A stretch of DNA of 64,000 bases from an uncultured Candidatus Saccharibacteria bacterium (GCA_964612745.1 CAZTCH010000004.1:29382-93381), one strand, 5' to 3'; positions 8,695-18,636 are shown, numbered from the stretch's first letter. Translations and numbers: made by a program. Notes: generated by a model not told the origin, from the sequence alone.

Positions 8695-9621
8695 TTACTT
8701 TTGACACTGCGGACAAAAACAAGCTGTTCTACCACCCATCTTCATGCTTTCTATCATACTACCACAGACTTTACACGCTTGTTTTTTCCTCCCGTACACA
8801 AAATGGTACTTACCCATACTCCCCCACGCGCCATCGGTTCGCACAAAGTCGCCCACGCTCGACCCCTTGGCGCGAATCCCTTGGCGCAATACTGGTCCGA
8901 TAGCTTCAAAGATTCGTTGCAACTCAGCAGTGGAGAGTGTAGACACGAGCCTTTCGGGACGCACCCCTGCACAAAATAAAATTTCATCGCTATATATATT
9001 CCCTATCCCAACCACCACGGCGGGGTCCATGAGCACTAGCTTTATGGGGCTCTTGGCTCGTCTCTGTACCGCAAGGATAAATTGCTCACTCGTGAACGAC
9101 TTATCCAAAGGCTCGGGGCCATAGTCTTGCAACTCTTGTATCTGTGCAACAGCATCGTCTGCTACAAGTTTCAAATACCCGAACTGGCGCATGTCATTGA
9201 AGTACAATGTACTACCATCGGTAAACTGAAACACCACATGAGTATGCTTACTGGGCAACTGTACCAGCGGTGCTGAAAGCTTGTTTAAAATTCTATATTT
9301 ACTCCCAGTCTTGGCACGCAAAGCAGGGTCTTCAAAAATAAACTGCCCTGTCATCTTCAAATGCACAAACAACGTATGCGAACCAGACAATTCGAATATA
9401 AGTAGCTTTGCTCTGCGCCGTACTGCTACAACTTGTACACCTTGCAGTGATTTGGCAAACCGTCCGGCAATTGATTTTGAACCTACACGCTTATTCCCCA
9501 GACCTTCTGGCCCAACTGCTACAAGCTTAAAAGACCGGACATCCACAGTACTTATGGTGCGTCCGGCAAGTTTTTTATGCAGCTCTCTAACTACGGTTTC
9601 GACTTCGGGTAATTCGGGCAT
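8695..9621 (-). CDS. mutM: formamidopyrimidine-DNA glycosylase (Fpg/MutM)
   Basis: 308 aa; begins MPELPEVE; H2TH region and C-terminal CxxC...CxxC zinc finger. Confidence 0.9.
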   Translation of the reverse strand: MPELPEVETVVRELHKKLAGRTISTVDVRSFKLVAVGPEGLGNKRVGSKSIAGRFAKSLQGVQVVAVRRRAKLLIFELSGSHTLFVHLKMTGQFIFEDPALRAKTGSKYRILNKLSAPLVQLPSKHTHVVFQFTDGSTLYFNDMRQFGYLKLVADDAVAQIQELQDYGPEPLDKSFTSEQFILAVQRRAKSPIKLVLMDPAVVVGIGNIYSDEILFCAGVRPERLVSTLSTAELQRIFEAIGPVLRQGIRAKGSSVGDFVRTDGAWGSMGKYHFVYGRKKQACKVCGSMIESMKMGGRTACFCPQCQK

Positions 9622-9628
9622 AAATGTA

Positions 9629-9685
9629 GTGCCTAGTGCCTAGTGCCTAGTGCCTAGTGCCTAGTGCCTAGTGCCTAGTGCCTAG
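9629..9685. repeat. 8 tandem copies of heptamer GTGCCTA
   Basis: Perfect 7-bp periodicity, visible directly, in the divergent mutM/rel intergenic region. Confidence 0.9.
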
Positions 9686-9718
9686 GAAAATTATAGCGGG
9701 CTGAGCGAGACTGTCCAG

Positions 9719-9880
9719 TGACTAAAAAGGATTGCGGATTGCGGATTGCGGATTATGAATTACGGATTACGGATTGCGTATTTTTCATTCAGCATTTTGC
9801 AATTTGCAATATGCAATATGCATTTCCGCTTTCTACTCTCTATTCTCTGCCCTCTACCCTCTCTGTTCTTTTCCCTGTAC
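9719..9880. repeat. successive heptamer-like arrays (GGATTGC x3 + GGATTAC variants; TGCAATA x4; CTCT(A/G)YY repeats)
   Basis: Direct visual repeats filling the rel upstream region; they also account for the spurious N-terminal extension of the ORF-track rel ORF. Confidence 0.8.
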
Positions 9881-9889
9881 ACTATACAC

Positions 9890-11401
9890 ATGACTTTTGA
9901 GCAATTTCTAAAATCTATCCCCCACAAGTTCAAGCCAGAAGAAGAAGCGCTTTTAGCCAACGCTTTGGAATTCGCGCGGGCCGCGCACGCTGGCCAAAAG
10001 CGCAAAAGTGGCGAGGATTACATTGTGCACCCGTACGAAGCAGCCATTTTGCTTGGGCAGATTTTTCCTGACGCCATAAGCCTTGCTGCAGTACTCTTGC
10101 ACGACGTCCCCGAAGACACGGCCAAAACCCAAGCGGATGTGCTAGAAGCTTTCGGCGAAGACGTTGCGCATTTAGTAGACGGCGTAACCAAACTCGGCCA
10201 CGTTCGCTTGCGCAACAGCAAAGACCCTCAATACGTCGAAACTTTGCGCAAAATGTTTATTGCCACCAGCAAAGACATTCGGGTCATGCTGATTAAGCTT
10301 GCCGACCGCTTGCATAACATGCGAACGCTCGAGTTTTTACCAGCAGAAAAGCAACTCAAAATCGCCACAGAAACACTGGAAGTCTACGCTCCGATTGCTG
10401 CTCGTTTGGGCATTAACTCTTGGAAAGATGAACTGGAAGACCGATCGTTTGCCATCTTTGATCCAACAACATATACCGAAACAAAAACGTTGCTCGACAC
10501 CGTTTTACAAGGGAGACAGCACTCTTACAAGCAAATCGAAAAAAAGATTACCCACGTACTGAAAACCGAAGGGATTAAATTTGTAGACATATACGGTCGC
10601 ACCAAACGTATTTATTCATTCTACAAAAAACTCAAAAAATACAATGACGACCCAAGCAATATTTACGATCTCATTGCTGTTCGGATTATTACCAAATCCA
10701 CCGCAGACTGCTACGCAGCACTGGGTGCCGTACATCAATACTTCCAACCGCTTCCTGGGCGTATTAAAGACTACATTGGCATGCCAAAGCCAAATGGCTA
10801 CCAAAGTTTGCACACTACTGTCTTAGACGAAGACGGTAGCGTATTTGAAATCCAGTTCCGTACCGATTTAATGCACGAAGCTGCCGAGCGCGGTATTGCT
10901 GCCCACTGGTTTTACAGCGAGTCTGGCAAACCAACGGCGAGCAGCAAAAAAGCTGCGGGTTGGGTCCAAGAGCTCCAACGCTGGCAAGAAGAAGCAGCCA
11001 ATTCAGATGACTTTGTAGAAAACCTGAAAATCGACTTCTTCAAAGACCGCATCTTTGTACTCACTCCCAGAGGTGACGTAAAAGACTTACCCAGTGGCGC
11101 CAGCGTTATTGACTTTGCGTTTTCCGTCCACTCTGACCTTGGATACTACATGACTGGAGCAAAGATAAACAATAAAATGTCTAAGCTCACTGCAACACTC
11201 GAACAAGGTGATGTAGTCGAAATACTGAAAAGCAAACAACCAGTAAAACTCTCACGCGACTGGCTCGCTGCCGCTCGCACCAGCACCGCCAAGAACCGCA
11301 TACGAGCGTACCTCATGGAGCATGACAAAGGCATTATGCAACGTGTACGGGAACTCAAACTTGCCGATATTGGCTTACCGACCTTCTTCCGTAAAAAATA
11401 A
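9890..11401 (+). CDS. rel: RelA/SpoT-family (p)ppGpp synthetase/hydrolase, short form (HD + synthetase + TGS, no long C-terminal regulatory region)
   Basis: HD motif (LLHDVPEDT), synthetase core, and TGS (VLTPRGDVKDLPSGASVIDFAF). Start taken at the internal ATG at 9890, after the repeat arrays; about 503 aa. Confidence 0.85.
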   Translation: MTFEQFLKSIPHKFKPEEEALLANALEFARAAHAGQKRKSGEDYIVHPYEAAILLGQIFPDAISLAAVLLHDVPEDTAKTQADVLEAFGEDVAHLVDGVTKLGHVRLRNSKDPQYVETLRKMFIATSKDIRVMLIKLADRLHNMRTLEFLPAEKQLKIATETLEVYAPIAARLGINSWKDELEDRSFAIFDPTTYTETKTLLDTVLQGRQHSYKQIEKKITHVLKTEGIKFVDIYGRTKRIYSFYKKLKKYNDDPSNIYDLIAVRIITKSTADCYAALGAVHQYFQPLPGRIKDYIGMPKPNGYQSLHTTVLDEDGSVFEIQFRTDLMHEAAERGIAAHWFYSESGKPTASSKKAAGWVQELQRWQEEAANSDDFVENLKIDFFKDRIFVLTPRGDVKDLPSGASVIDFAFSVHSDLGYYMTGAKINNKMSKLTATLEQGDVVEILKSKQPVKLSRDWLAAARTSTAKNRIRAYLMEHDKGIMQRVRELKLADIGLPTFFRKK

Positions 11402-11411
11402 AAACGACATA

Positions 11412-11452
11412 AAAAGGGTAACCCTTTCATGAGAAAGGGTTACCCTTTTTTC
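11412..11452. terminator. bidirectional terminator (AAAGGGTAACCCTTTC-ATGAG-AAAGGGTTACCCTTTTTT)
   Basis: Perfect 14-bp stem between convergent rel and ndk. Confidence 0.8.
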
Positions 11453-11465
11453 TAACTGAGAATTC

Positions 11466-11957
11466 TTACGGAAGAGTTTTGTGTGTATACCCTGGAATGT
11501 GAGAAATAATTTCTGCAGGAGTAAACCACACCGCAATTTCTTGCTCAGCTTCTTCCACAGAGGAAGAGGCGTGAATGAGATTGTAAATACCAATCTTTTT
11601 GTCGTCTGAATGCTTGAAGGACATGTGTGCGTAGTCACCACGAATGGTCCCTGGAGCAGCAGACTTTGGCTCTGTACCACCCACCATTTTCCGAATGAGC
11701 TCAACAGCATCTATCCCTTCAAGGCATAGAGCGAGAATTGGACCTTCGGTCAACATCGTAATCATCATATCTCGCACGTGCTGACCTCGGCGGATTGCCA
11801 AGTCTTCGGTATAGTGTTTTTCTGCATGCTCTTTGGTCGCTTGCACCATCTTTACCCCAACAATTTTCAGACCGACACGCTCAAAGCGTTGTATAATCTC
11901 CCCGACTAAGCCACGATCGATTGCATCTGGCTTTAAAAGCACAAGACTTTGTTCCAT
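11466..11957 (-). CDS. ndk: nucleoside diphosphate kinase
   Basis: 163 aa; MEQSLVLLKPDAIDRGLVGEII...NLIHASSS (active-site His). Confidence 0.95.
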   Translation of the reverse strand: MEQSLVLLKPDAIDRGLVGEIIQRFERVGLKIVGVKMVQATKEHAEKHYTEDLAIRRGQHVRDMMITMLTEGPILALCLEGIDAVELIRKMVGGTEPKSAAPGTIRGDYAHMSFKHSDDKKIGIYNLIHASSSVEEAEQEIAVWFTPAEIISHIPGYTHKTLP

Positions 11958-11967
11958 ATAAATTCGG

Positions 11968-12684
11968 TTACTTATTTGCGATAGTTACTGATTCAATCAC
12001 TACTGGTTCTTTTGGCGGACCGTCTTGTGAGCCAATAATCTCTACTCCACCAATCTTTTCTACTATATCCATCCCTTTTACCACTTTACCAAATACGGTA
12101 TACGCACCATCGAGCATTGGTAAAGGTTCTAACGCAATATAGAATTGACTACCAGAGGAAGCACGCTCAGGATTTACTTGGTCTCCTGTTCGCGCCATGG
12201 CGATTGCCCCTTTGGTATGCAGAAGTTTAATTTCTGCTGGAATCGTATACCCTGGGCCACCTGTACCATTCCCTGCTGGGTCTCCACCTTGCACGACAAA
12301 GTCTTTCGCAATCCGGTGGAAGGTCAAACAGTTATAAAACCCACTCTGGGAAAGCTTCACAAAATTTTCTACTGTTTTTGGAGCTACATCATCGTTTAAT
12401 TCAATTTGGATTTCACCAAAATTTTTCACTTTGAGTGTGGCAACCTTATTTTTGAAGTCAACGGTCTTCCCCGTAAATGCATCTGGATTATAATCCCGTG
12501 TACATTCACCTGTTGTTGGTGTGTCCATAGCAATAGAATTATTTACTTCTTGATTCGCTTGTTGGGTGTTGGTGGTAGTATCCGTACCGGTAACACTTGT
12601 TTCTCCACGGAAGAATAGTGCGTAGGTAGCGACTGCTACAACTGCTACACCAACTACAACCATGCTTATAACTGATTTATTCAT
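11968..12684 (-). CDS. cyclophilin-type peptidyl-prolyl cis-trans isomerase with N-terminal membrane anchor
   Basis: 238 aa; FHRIAKDFVVQGGDP...GTGGPGY...GAIAMAR; N-terminal hydrophobic helix. Confidence 0.9.
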   Translation of the reverse strand: MNKSVISMVVVGVAVVAVATYALFFRGETSVTGTDTTTNTQQANQEVNNSIAMDTPTTGECTRDYNPDAFTGKTVDFKNKVATLKVKNFGEIQIELNDDVAPKTVENFVKLSQSGFYNCLTFHRIAKDFVVQGGDPAGNGTGGPGYTIPAEIKLLHTKGAIAMARTGDQVNPERASSGSQFYIALEPLPMLDGAYTVFGKVVKGMDIVEKIGGVEIIGSQDGPPKEPVVIESVTIANK

Positions 12685-12750
12685 AACTCTTTATATGTGT
12701 AATTTTTGCTTATTTGTATGACAAGCCTGTGCGAATTGTAACATAAGTCC

Positions 12751-14223
12751 TTAGTTTTTGCTAGTTTTTACCCCAAGCAAAGCACGCCTCTTTTGACTGT
12801 ACCACCACACCACAGACAAAACACCAAATATGACACAGAGCCAAACCCCCGCCACCGCACCCGTCACGTGCAGAGGAATGCTGGCATGCGGAACTGCCGC
12901 ACCGACATGCACGCACCATAAAAGGTACTGCACACACAGCCCAGTCACAAAAGCAAAGCCCACCCCCACTGCGGGAAGTAACGACAGAACAGCCAAAAAC
13001 ATTATGACTTCTATGACCGGCACTACAAACATATTGACGACAAGCGCTACCAAAGAAAAAGTGCCGAAGTGCCACACCGTGAGTGGTGCAGTCGCAACAA
13101 TCGCACAGAGTGTGCCAATAAACACAGATGGCATGAGAGAAGTATCCTGCTGCTTACCAGCAGCCCACCCCTCTCGAATTTCCATACCGAACACAATTGC
13201 AAGTGTTGCAGCCACACTCAGTTGAAATCCAATATCCCAATACAGTAGCAACGGATTCTGCAACAACATAAGCCCCGCGCAGATGAGTACTGCATTTGGC
13301 GCGCGATATACTCGACCAAAACCAAGCGCACCCAAAACCAATACTCCCATCAACGCTGCTCGTACCACTGAAGCAGAAAATCCTGCAATAGCAACAAAGC
13401 ACAGAATACACAAAGCCGATACCACTAATTGATACCTCCGCCCAATGAGCCCTGCCAGACCGCTTAACCAAAGAATAAAAATAGTAACGTTAAACCCTGA
13501 AACTGCCAACACATGGCTCGTGCCCGTAGCTACAAAATCTGCCAACACTGAATCAGATACTCCTCGTTTCGCACCAATTAGAATACCGAGTACTATATTC
13601 CCCGCCTGTGGGTCATACCGCTCCAGCACTCGTTCATGTAACCACTGCTTTACCTCCGCCATTATTTTGAGAAAGCTCACTCCACGTTCATGACTAAGCA
13701 CAATGACTTTAGGATACCGCATAACTGCATACACCCCTTGTCGCTCCAAAAACCCTTGATAGTCAAACCCGTTAAAAGGTTCTGCCAACGCCAACGTACC
13801 CCGAACTACTACCGTATCTCCATAGAAAAACTTTGTTGCTCGCGTCGTTGTTAGCAGCACTCGATCAGTAAACCCAGCCGGCTGCACGACTACTAATTGT
13901 GTTGACTCCCGCACATCCGGATCTACCACAACTTTCCCGACAAACTCCTGCGAATGCCCGATGTACGCCTCGATTTTTGACTCATACTGCAGGACAGAGG
14001 CCACCCGCAGCCCGCCCAGGGCAAAACCGAGCAAGCTCACACCTACAAAATATGCATAAAGGTACCGACGTTGTGCCACTGAGCGATAACACAGTCCTAC
14101 GCTCACCACGCATACCGCAGTAAGCACCCACAGAAACAGTACGGGAACATGCGCTACCGAACCAAACCAAATACCAACACAAAACCATACAGAAATTGTG
14201 ACCAACCACGTATGTGTCGTCAT
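12751..14223 (-). CDS. comEC: ComEC/Rec2-family competence membrane channel (no beta-lactamase domain)
   Basis: 490 aa polytopic; DUF4131-like N-terminus and the competence domain (GTSHVLAVSGFNVTIF...). Confidence 0.75.
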   Translation of the reverse strand: MTTHTWLVTISVWFCVGIWFGSVAHVPVLFLWVLTAVCVVSVGLCYRSVAQRRYLYAYFVGVSLLGFALGGLRVASVLQYESKIEAYIGHSQEFVGKVVVDPDVRESTQLVVVQPAGFTDRVLLTTTRATKFFYGDTVVVRGTLALAEPFNGFDYQGFLERQGVYAVMRYPKVIVLSHERGVSFLKIMAEVKQWLHERVLERYDPQAGNIVLGILIGAKRGVSDSVLADFVATGTSHVLAVSGFNVTIFILWLSGLAGLIGRRYQLVVSALCILCFVAIAGFSASVVRAALMGVLVLGALGFGRVYRAPNAVLICAGLMLLQNPLLLYWDIGFQLSVAATLAIVFGMEIREGWAAGKQQDTSLMPSVFIGTLCAIVATAPLTVWHFGTFSLVALVVNMFVVPVIEVIMFLAVLSLLPAVGVGFAFVTGLCVQYLLWCVHVGAAVPHASIPLHVTGAVAGVWLCVIFGVLSVVWWYSQKRRALLGVKTSKN

Positions 14224-14229
14224 ATAGTG

Positions 14230-14870
14230 ACCTCCTCCCCGAGTTCCGCAAAGCCTACACTCGGGGTATCCAACACGGCATGAATACTAAAAGCTTCGGA
14301 TAATGAGATTCGTTAAAAGAGTCTGGTTGTCTGGGGCTTTTCTTTCTTGCCCTGCCACTCAATGTACTTCTTAACCTGCTCCTCGTTCAATCCGTTTGTT
14401 GACGAGAAATACCCCACACTCCAGATGCCGTCCCATTCTAAATACATTTCTTTGATAAATTTAAACTTCTTTTGGATGTGGATACTACTGTTGGCTTTTA
14501 ACCTTTGGACGGCATCTGAGACAGCCATATTGGGTGGTATTTCGATTTGAATATGAACATGGTCTTGGTCTGAATTAACAGCTGTAATGAAGAGTGTGGG
14601 ATATTTCTTGCAGGTTTGGTAGAGACTTGTCTTTAGTTCTGCTTTAACGTAGTCTTTGAGCCACTTTCTCCGGTGCTTAGTGCCCCAGACAATGTGATAC
14701 AAGTGTCGATATGCGCAATGGTTAAGGCTTTTCGTCTTCATGCAACCAGCCTACCACGAATTCCAACGCAATGGGAATTCGTTCCCGGGATCCCATTCAT
14801 CCCCAGACCGCGACAATGAGAGTGGTGACTTGATTGCTTTCTAGAGGGTCGCTGGTCTGGGGTTTCCTGG
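14230..14870 (-). mobile_element. IS200/IS605-family insertion sequence (tnpA only) with subterminal hairpins
   Basis: Y1 transposase ORF flanked by hairpins: CCCCGAGTTCCGCAAAGCCTACACTCGGGG at 14237-14266, CGAATTCCAACGCAATGGGAATTCG at 14757-14781, and CCCCAGACCGCGAC...GTCGCTGGTCTGGGG at 14801-14862. Lies between the comEC start and the hisS terminator. Confidence 0.6.
14313..14741 (-). CDS. tnpA: IS200-type Y1 transposase TnpA
   Basis: 142 aa; YHIVWGTKHRRKWL and HxH motif (DHVHIQIEIPP), with the catalytic Tyr region near the C-terminus. Confidence 0.9.
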   Translation of the reverse strand: MKTKSLNHCAYRHLYHIVWGTKHRRKWLKDYVKAELKTSLYQTCKKYPTLFITAVNSDQDHVHIQIEIPPNMAVSDAVQRLKANSSIHIQKKFKFIKEMYLEWDGIWSVGYFSSTNGLNEEQVKKYIEWQGKKEKPQTTRLF

Positions 14871-14903
14871 TATATAAAAACCTCGGCCAAAGGCCGAGGC
14901 GTG

Positions 14904-16184
14904 TTATGTGGTACTGGTAAGAAATGAAATGACTTCATCTTCATGCAACTCAACATTCGTTCTGGTTGAAAGCGTTCGAAGTAATAATTTCGGAGTCTGC
15001 TCCTGTGGTACTATCATGTACGGAATCCCTTTTTTCTCTGCGTATTTATATTGCTTTTCTAACTTTGCCTCAGAGAAATATGGTTCAACAGCAATCCCCT
15101 GCGTGCGCAATCTTTGTACTAACGCAAACACCCGTGACGAAGGAACCCCTGCTACCGCAGCAACAACCACCTGTGTCCCCGAAGGAACTACGAGTAGCCC
15201 TGCGGCTTCTAAATACTCGTAGAGCCTATCTACCCCTAGTGCACCACCTACTGCGGGTACTGACTCTGTGGTATACGTACTCAACAAACCGTCATACCGA
15301 CCACCACCAGCAATGCTCCCATATCCGTCAACGCCAACCAATGCGCATTCAAACACCGTGCCAGAGTAATAATCTAGTCCTCGCGCAATACTTGGGTCAA
15401 ATACTATCTTGCTTACTGGAACGCCGAGCTCTATTGCAGAATCTATAACCAAGCGCACCCCAGCACACACTTCCGCTGCGCGAGGGCTCACTTGTGCGTA
15501 CACCTCGAGGGCCGCTTCGCCTGTTGGCGCAGAAAGAATACTTGTAAGTATTTGCTGCATCCCTTCTGAAACATTCCGTTCAACTAACAATTGCTGCACT
15601 CCTGCAAGTCCAACCTTGTCGAGCTTATCAACACAACGAATAGCAGCCAACACTTCTTGTTCGTCTTCTGAAAGCAAGCCAAACAACTGACGACTATTCA
15701 CTCGAAACACATAATTCGACACACCAATGTTTTCTAAGGCTCGAGACAAACACGCAATTACTTCTGCGTCAGCAAATACTGAAGACTCCCCCACGATATC
15801 TACATCGCATTGATAAAATTCACGCAATCTGCCTTTCTGAGTATTTTCTGCACGCCATACCGGAGCTATTTGATACCGCTTAAATGGCAAAGTTAACGCA
15901 CCATAATTTTGCGCAACGTAGCGCGCGAGTGGCACTGTTAAGTCGTAGCGCATTGCCACTTCTCTTCCCCCATTATCAACAAAGCTGTACACCAGTTTTT
16001 CTTCGTCACCATATTTCCCCATGAGTATCTCTTTGTATTCCAGTGCTGGGGTAGAAAGTGGTGAAAACCCAAAAAGCTCAAAGGTATTCTGGATACGTCC
16101 AAAAAGCGCCTGCCGAGCGCGCTGCTCAGTAGCGGTAAAATCTCTAAATCCTTTCAGTGTACGTGGTTCGATTTTCTCTTGCAT
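14904..16184 (-). CDS. hisS: histidyl-tRNA synthetase (catalytically complete copy)
   Basis: 426 aa; motif 2 FKRYQIAPVWRAENTQKGRLREFYQCD; motif 3 GGGRYDGLL; anticodon-binding C-terminus. Confidence 0.95.
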   Translation of the reverse strand: MQEKIEPRTLKGFRDFTATEQRARQALFGRIQNTFELFGFSPLSTPALEYKEILMGKYGDEEKLVYSFVDNGGREVAMRYDLTVPLARYVAQNYGALTLPFKRYQIAPVWRAENTQKGRLREFYQCDVDIVGESSVFADAEVIACLSRALENIGVSNYVFRVNSRQLFGLLSEDEQEVLAAIRCVDKLDKVGLAGVQQLLVERNVSEGMQQILTSILSAPTGEAALEVYAQVSPRAAEVCAGVRLVIDSAIELGVPVSKIVFDPSIARGLDYYSGTVFECALVGVDGYGSIAGGGRYDGLLSTYTTESVPAVGGALGVDRLYEYLEAAGLLVVPSGTQVVVAAVAGVPSSRVFALVQRLRTQGIAVEPYFSEAKLEKQYKYAEKKGIPYMIVPQEQTPKLLLRTLSTRTNVELHEDEVISFLTSTT

Positions 16185-16291
16185 AGTTCATTCCTTTATC
16201 CAGATAATACCACAGAACAAAGCGCACCCGCCAGTAGCCATATAAAAAAGCACTTCCAAAATGAAAGTGCTTTTTGTGTACATCCAACATG

Positions 16292-17050
16292 CTACCGAGG
16301 GCGAACCGATACCGCATCCACTAATATCCCCTGCCGATTTTCAGGGCCTTGGCCTTGTAATGTAAGAGTATCCGAACCTGTAGCGGTCACTGCAAAGGTA
16401 TACCGTTGCCACGCAGGCTGCTTATCTTTCGTTCCGTCTGGCGAGACAGATCCTACAACTACACCATTCCACGTAATCTCTAATGCATTTTCCACTGCTG
16501 CTGTCTTTGGTTGCGCTGCAACACTCAGCGAAATGACTAACTGTTCCCCTACGGTTGTTTGTAAAACTTGACTGAGCGTGGTTAAACTTTGGCCAGCACC
16601 TGCTCTTCCTCCCAAATCAGCAGCATCCAATCGCACAAACTGTTGACCACTTGCTGCCTTCCACCCAGAAAATCCAGCCAAAAATTCTACACCTGCTTGC
16701 CTGACCGAACGCTTGAGTTTTCCGGAATCATTCGTCCAACCAACTACCCAGCCCAGCCCAGCTGTTCCGTCTACAACAAATTGTGAGTTCGAGCGAATAA
16801 TTGGGTCTTCAAAATTACCATTGCGAACGTACTCTGCTATGGCGCCCTCCTGTACCGGCGGCCGAACCACTCGATCTTGTCCACCAGTAACTTGTTCTGA
16901 AGCAGAAGAAGTGTTGTATTGCAACGAAGGCGGGTTAACCATAAGCCCCATGACCCCATAAATAGCCAACCCCGCAGCGTACGCAACTGCAATACCCCAG
17001 ACCACTTTATCTTTTGGGAAAGACGTCGATTTTGTGTTTGTTTGTAGCAT
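16292..17050 (-). CDS. hypothetical membrane-anchored extracytoplasmic protein
   Basis: 252 aa; one N-terminal TM helix followed by a Gly/Thr/Val-rich, presumably beta-rich domain; no recognisable motif. Confidence 0.5.
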   Translation of the reverse strand: MLQTNTKSTSFPKDKVVWGIAVAYAAGLAIYGVMGLMVNPPSLQYNTSSASEQVTGGQDRVVRPPVQEGAIAEYVRNGNFEDPIIRSNSQFVVDGTAGLGWVVGWTNDSGKLKRSVRQAGVEFLAGFSGWKAASGQQFVRLDAADLGGRAGAGQSLTTLSQVLQTTVGEQLVISLSVAAQPKTAAVENALEITWNGVVVGSVSPDGTKDKQPAWQRYTFAVTATGSDTLTLQGQGPENRQGILVDAVSVRPR

Positions 17051-17102
17051 ACGACTAAATAAAAAGAGTAAGAAAATTTTAACCGATAGTATCTCTTTAT
17101 TA

Positions 17103-17342
17103 CTATATCACATCTGGTATACGAAAAGCTTTTATCTTATGGGTTTTTCCACGCACTAAGATAACTTCTGATTTCGCACAACCATATATCTGCGCAACTA
17201 GCTTCTGCACTGCAGCAGTCGCCCGCCCTTCATGTGGCGGCTCGGTCACGTACACATGCAACACACCTGCTCGCAACATGTGACGCTGTTGTTTTGCACT
17301 CGGATGAACAGTAACTTGTATAATCATCAAAATAAATGCCAC
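17103..17342 (-). CDS. DUF167/YggU-family protein
   Basis: 79 aa; VTVHPSAKQQRHMLRAGVLHVYVTEPPHEGRATAAVQKLVAQIYG resembles YggU (UPF0235). The true start may be the internal Met. Confidence 0.55.
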   Translation of the reverse strand: MAFILMIIQVTVHPSAKQQRHMLRAGVLHVYVTEPPHEGRATAAVQKLVAQIYGCAKSEVILVRGKTHKIKAFRIPDVI

Positions 17343-17369
17343 TGAGCATCATACTCAGTGACATTTGCA

Positions 17370-18554
17370 TTACTTCATTTTTCTGCGAATAAACGCAGGA
17401 ATATCTAATTCGTCATCCGCTTCTTGCACTTGTGCAGGACTTTCACTAATAGGAGTGAACTGCGGCCTGCGTGGCTCAACACGCACTGGCGGCTCCACTA
17501 CTACCGGCTGTACAGGCGCAGCCTGCACTGGCGCTGGCTTGCGCTCTTCGACTGGCGTTGGTGTATGTACCTGCGCTACTGATTTTCGTGCAGTTTCATC
17601 AAACCCAGTTGCAATAACGGTAATGCGAATTTCATCACCAATCTCCTCGTCTATAACAGCACCAAACTTGACCCGAGCTTCTGGGTCAATGCTCTTCGTA
17701 ATCGCTTTTGCTGCTTCATCGATTTCGTACATGCCCAACGACGACCCACCAGTAACGTTAAACAACACACCAGTGGCACCGTCGATCGAAAGCTCGAGCA
17801 AAGGAGAATTTACCGCCATACGAGCTGCATCTTGCGCTCTATTTTCTCCACTCGCCCGACCAATACCCATAAGTGCCGTTCCTGCGTCTTGCATAATGCT
17901 TCGCACATCAGCAAAATCGGCATTGACCACACCATGACTGGTAATCAGATCGGAAATACCGGCAATACCTTGACGCAAGATATCGTCTACAGTACGAAAG
18001 GAGTCGATAAGCGAAGTCTTTTTATCGATAATTTGTAAAATTCGATCGTTATGAACAGAAATAATAGCGTCTACTTTATCTTTCAAATTGGCATACCCGA
18101 TTTCTGCAACTTCTTTTCGCTTCAACCCTTCGAATGTGAATGGTTTCGTAACAACAGCAACGGTTAAAATACCGCGGTTCTTCGCAATCTCAGCAACTAT
18201 TGGAGCCGCGCCGGTGCCCGTACCACCACCAAGACCGCAGGTAATAAATACCATGTCGGCATTGCTGATTACTTCTTCAATCTCTTCTTGTGATTCCTCT
18301 GCAGCTTGTCTACCAACATCTGGATTCATACCACTCCCCAAACCCTTGGTAACACTTTTCCCAATATGCACTTTTTTGTCTGCTGCATTGTTGTGAAGCG
18401 CTTGTGCATCTGTGTTTATAGAAACAAACTCTACACCACGAATACCCAGCTGAATCATCCGATTCACCGCATTACCGCCGCCACCACCAACACCCAATAC
18501 TTTTATTCGAGCAAATGTCTCAATTTTCGGTTTCACTTCCATGGTCTTCTTCAT
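17370..18554 (-). CDS. ftsZ: cell division GTPase FtsZ
   Basis: 394 aa; GGGTGTG tubulin signature; NTDAQAL; Pro/Gln-rich C-terminal tail ending IPAFIRRK. Confidence 0.97.
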   Translation of the reverse strand: MKKTMEVKPKIETFARIKVLGVGGGGGNAVNRMIQLGIRGVEFVSINTDAQALHNNAADKKVHIGKSVTKGLGSGMNPDVGRQAAEESQEEIEEVISNADMVFITCGLGGGTGTGAAPIVAEIAKNRGILTVAVVTKPFTFEGLKRKEVAEIGYANLKDKVDAIISVHNDRILQIIDKKTSLIDSFRTVDDILRQGIAGISDLITSHGVVNADFADVRSIMQDAGTALMGIGRASGENRAQDAARMAVNSPLLELSIDGATGVLFNVTGGSSLGMYEIDEAAKAITKSIDPEARVKFGAVIDEEIGDEIRITVIATGFDETARKSVAQVHTPTPVEERKPAPVQAAPVQPVVVEPPVRVEPRRPQFTPISESPAQVQEADDELDIPAFIRRKMK

Positions 18555-18636
18555 ACAAATACCAATACTATAAGATATACTAAATCATACCAGAAATTAC
18601 CAAATTCGCATATATGACCGAGTAAAACCAGTCATT

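Noticed and set aside
9629-9685. Tandem repeat arrays could be CRISPR
   Set aside because: The units are 7 bp with no spacers, and no cas genes are present. These are simple microsatellite-like arrays.
9746-9889. N-terminal 48 aa of the ORF-track rel ORF
   Set aside because: This is the translation of the heptamer arrays (hence its periodic amino-acid pattern); the conserved Rel sequence starts at the ATG at 9890.
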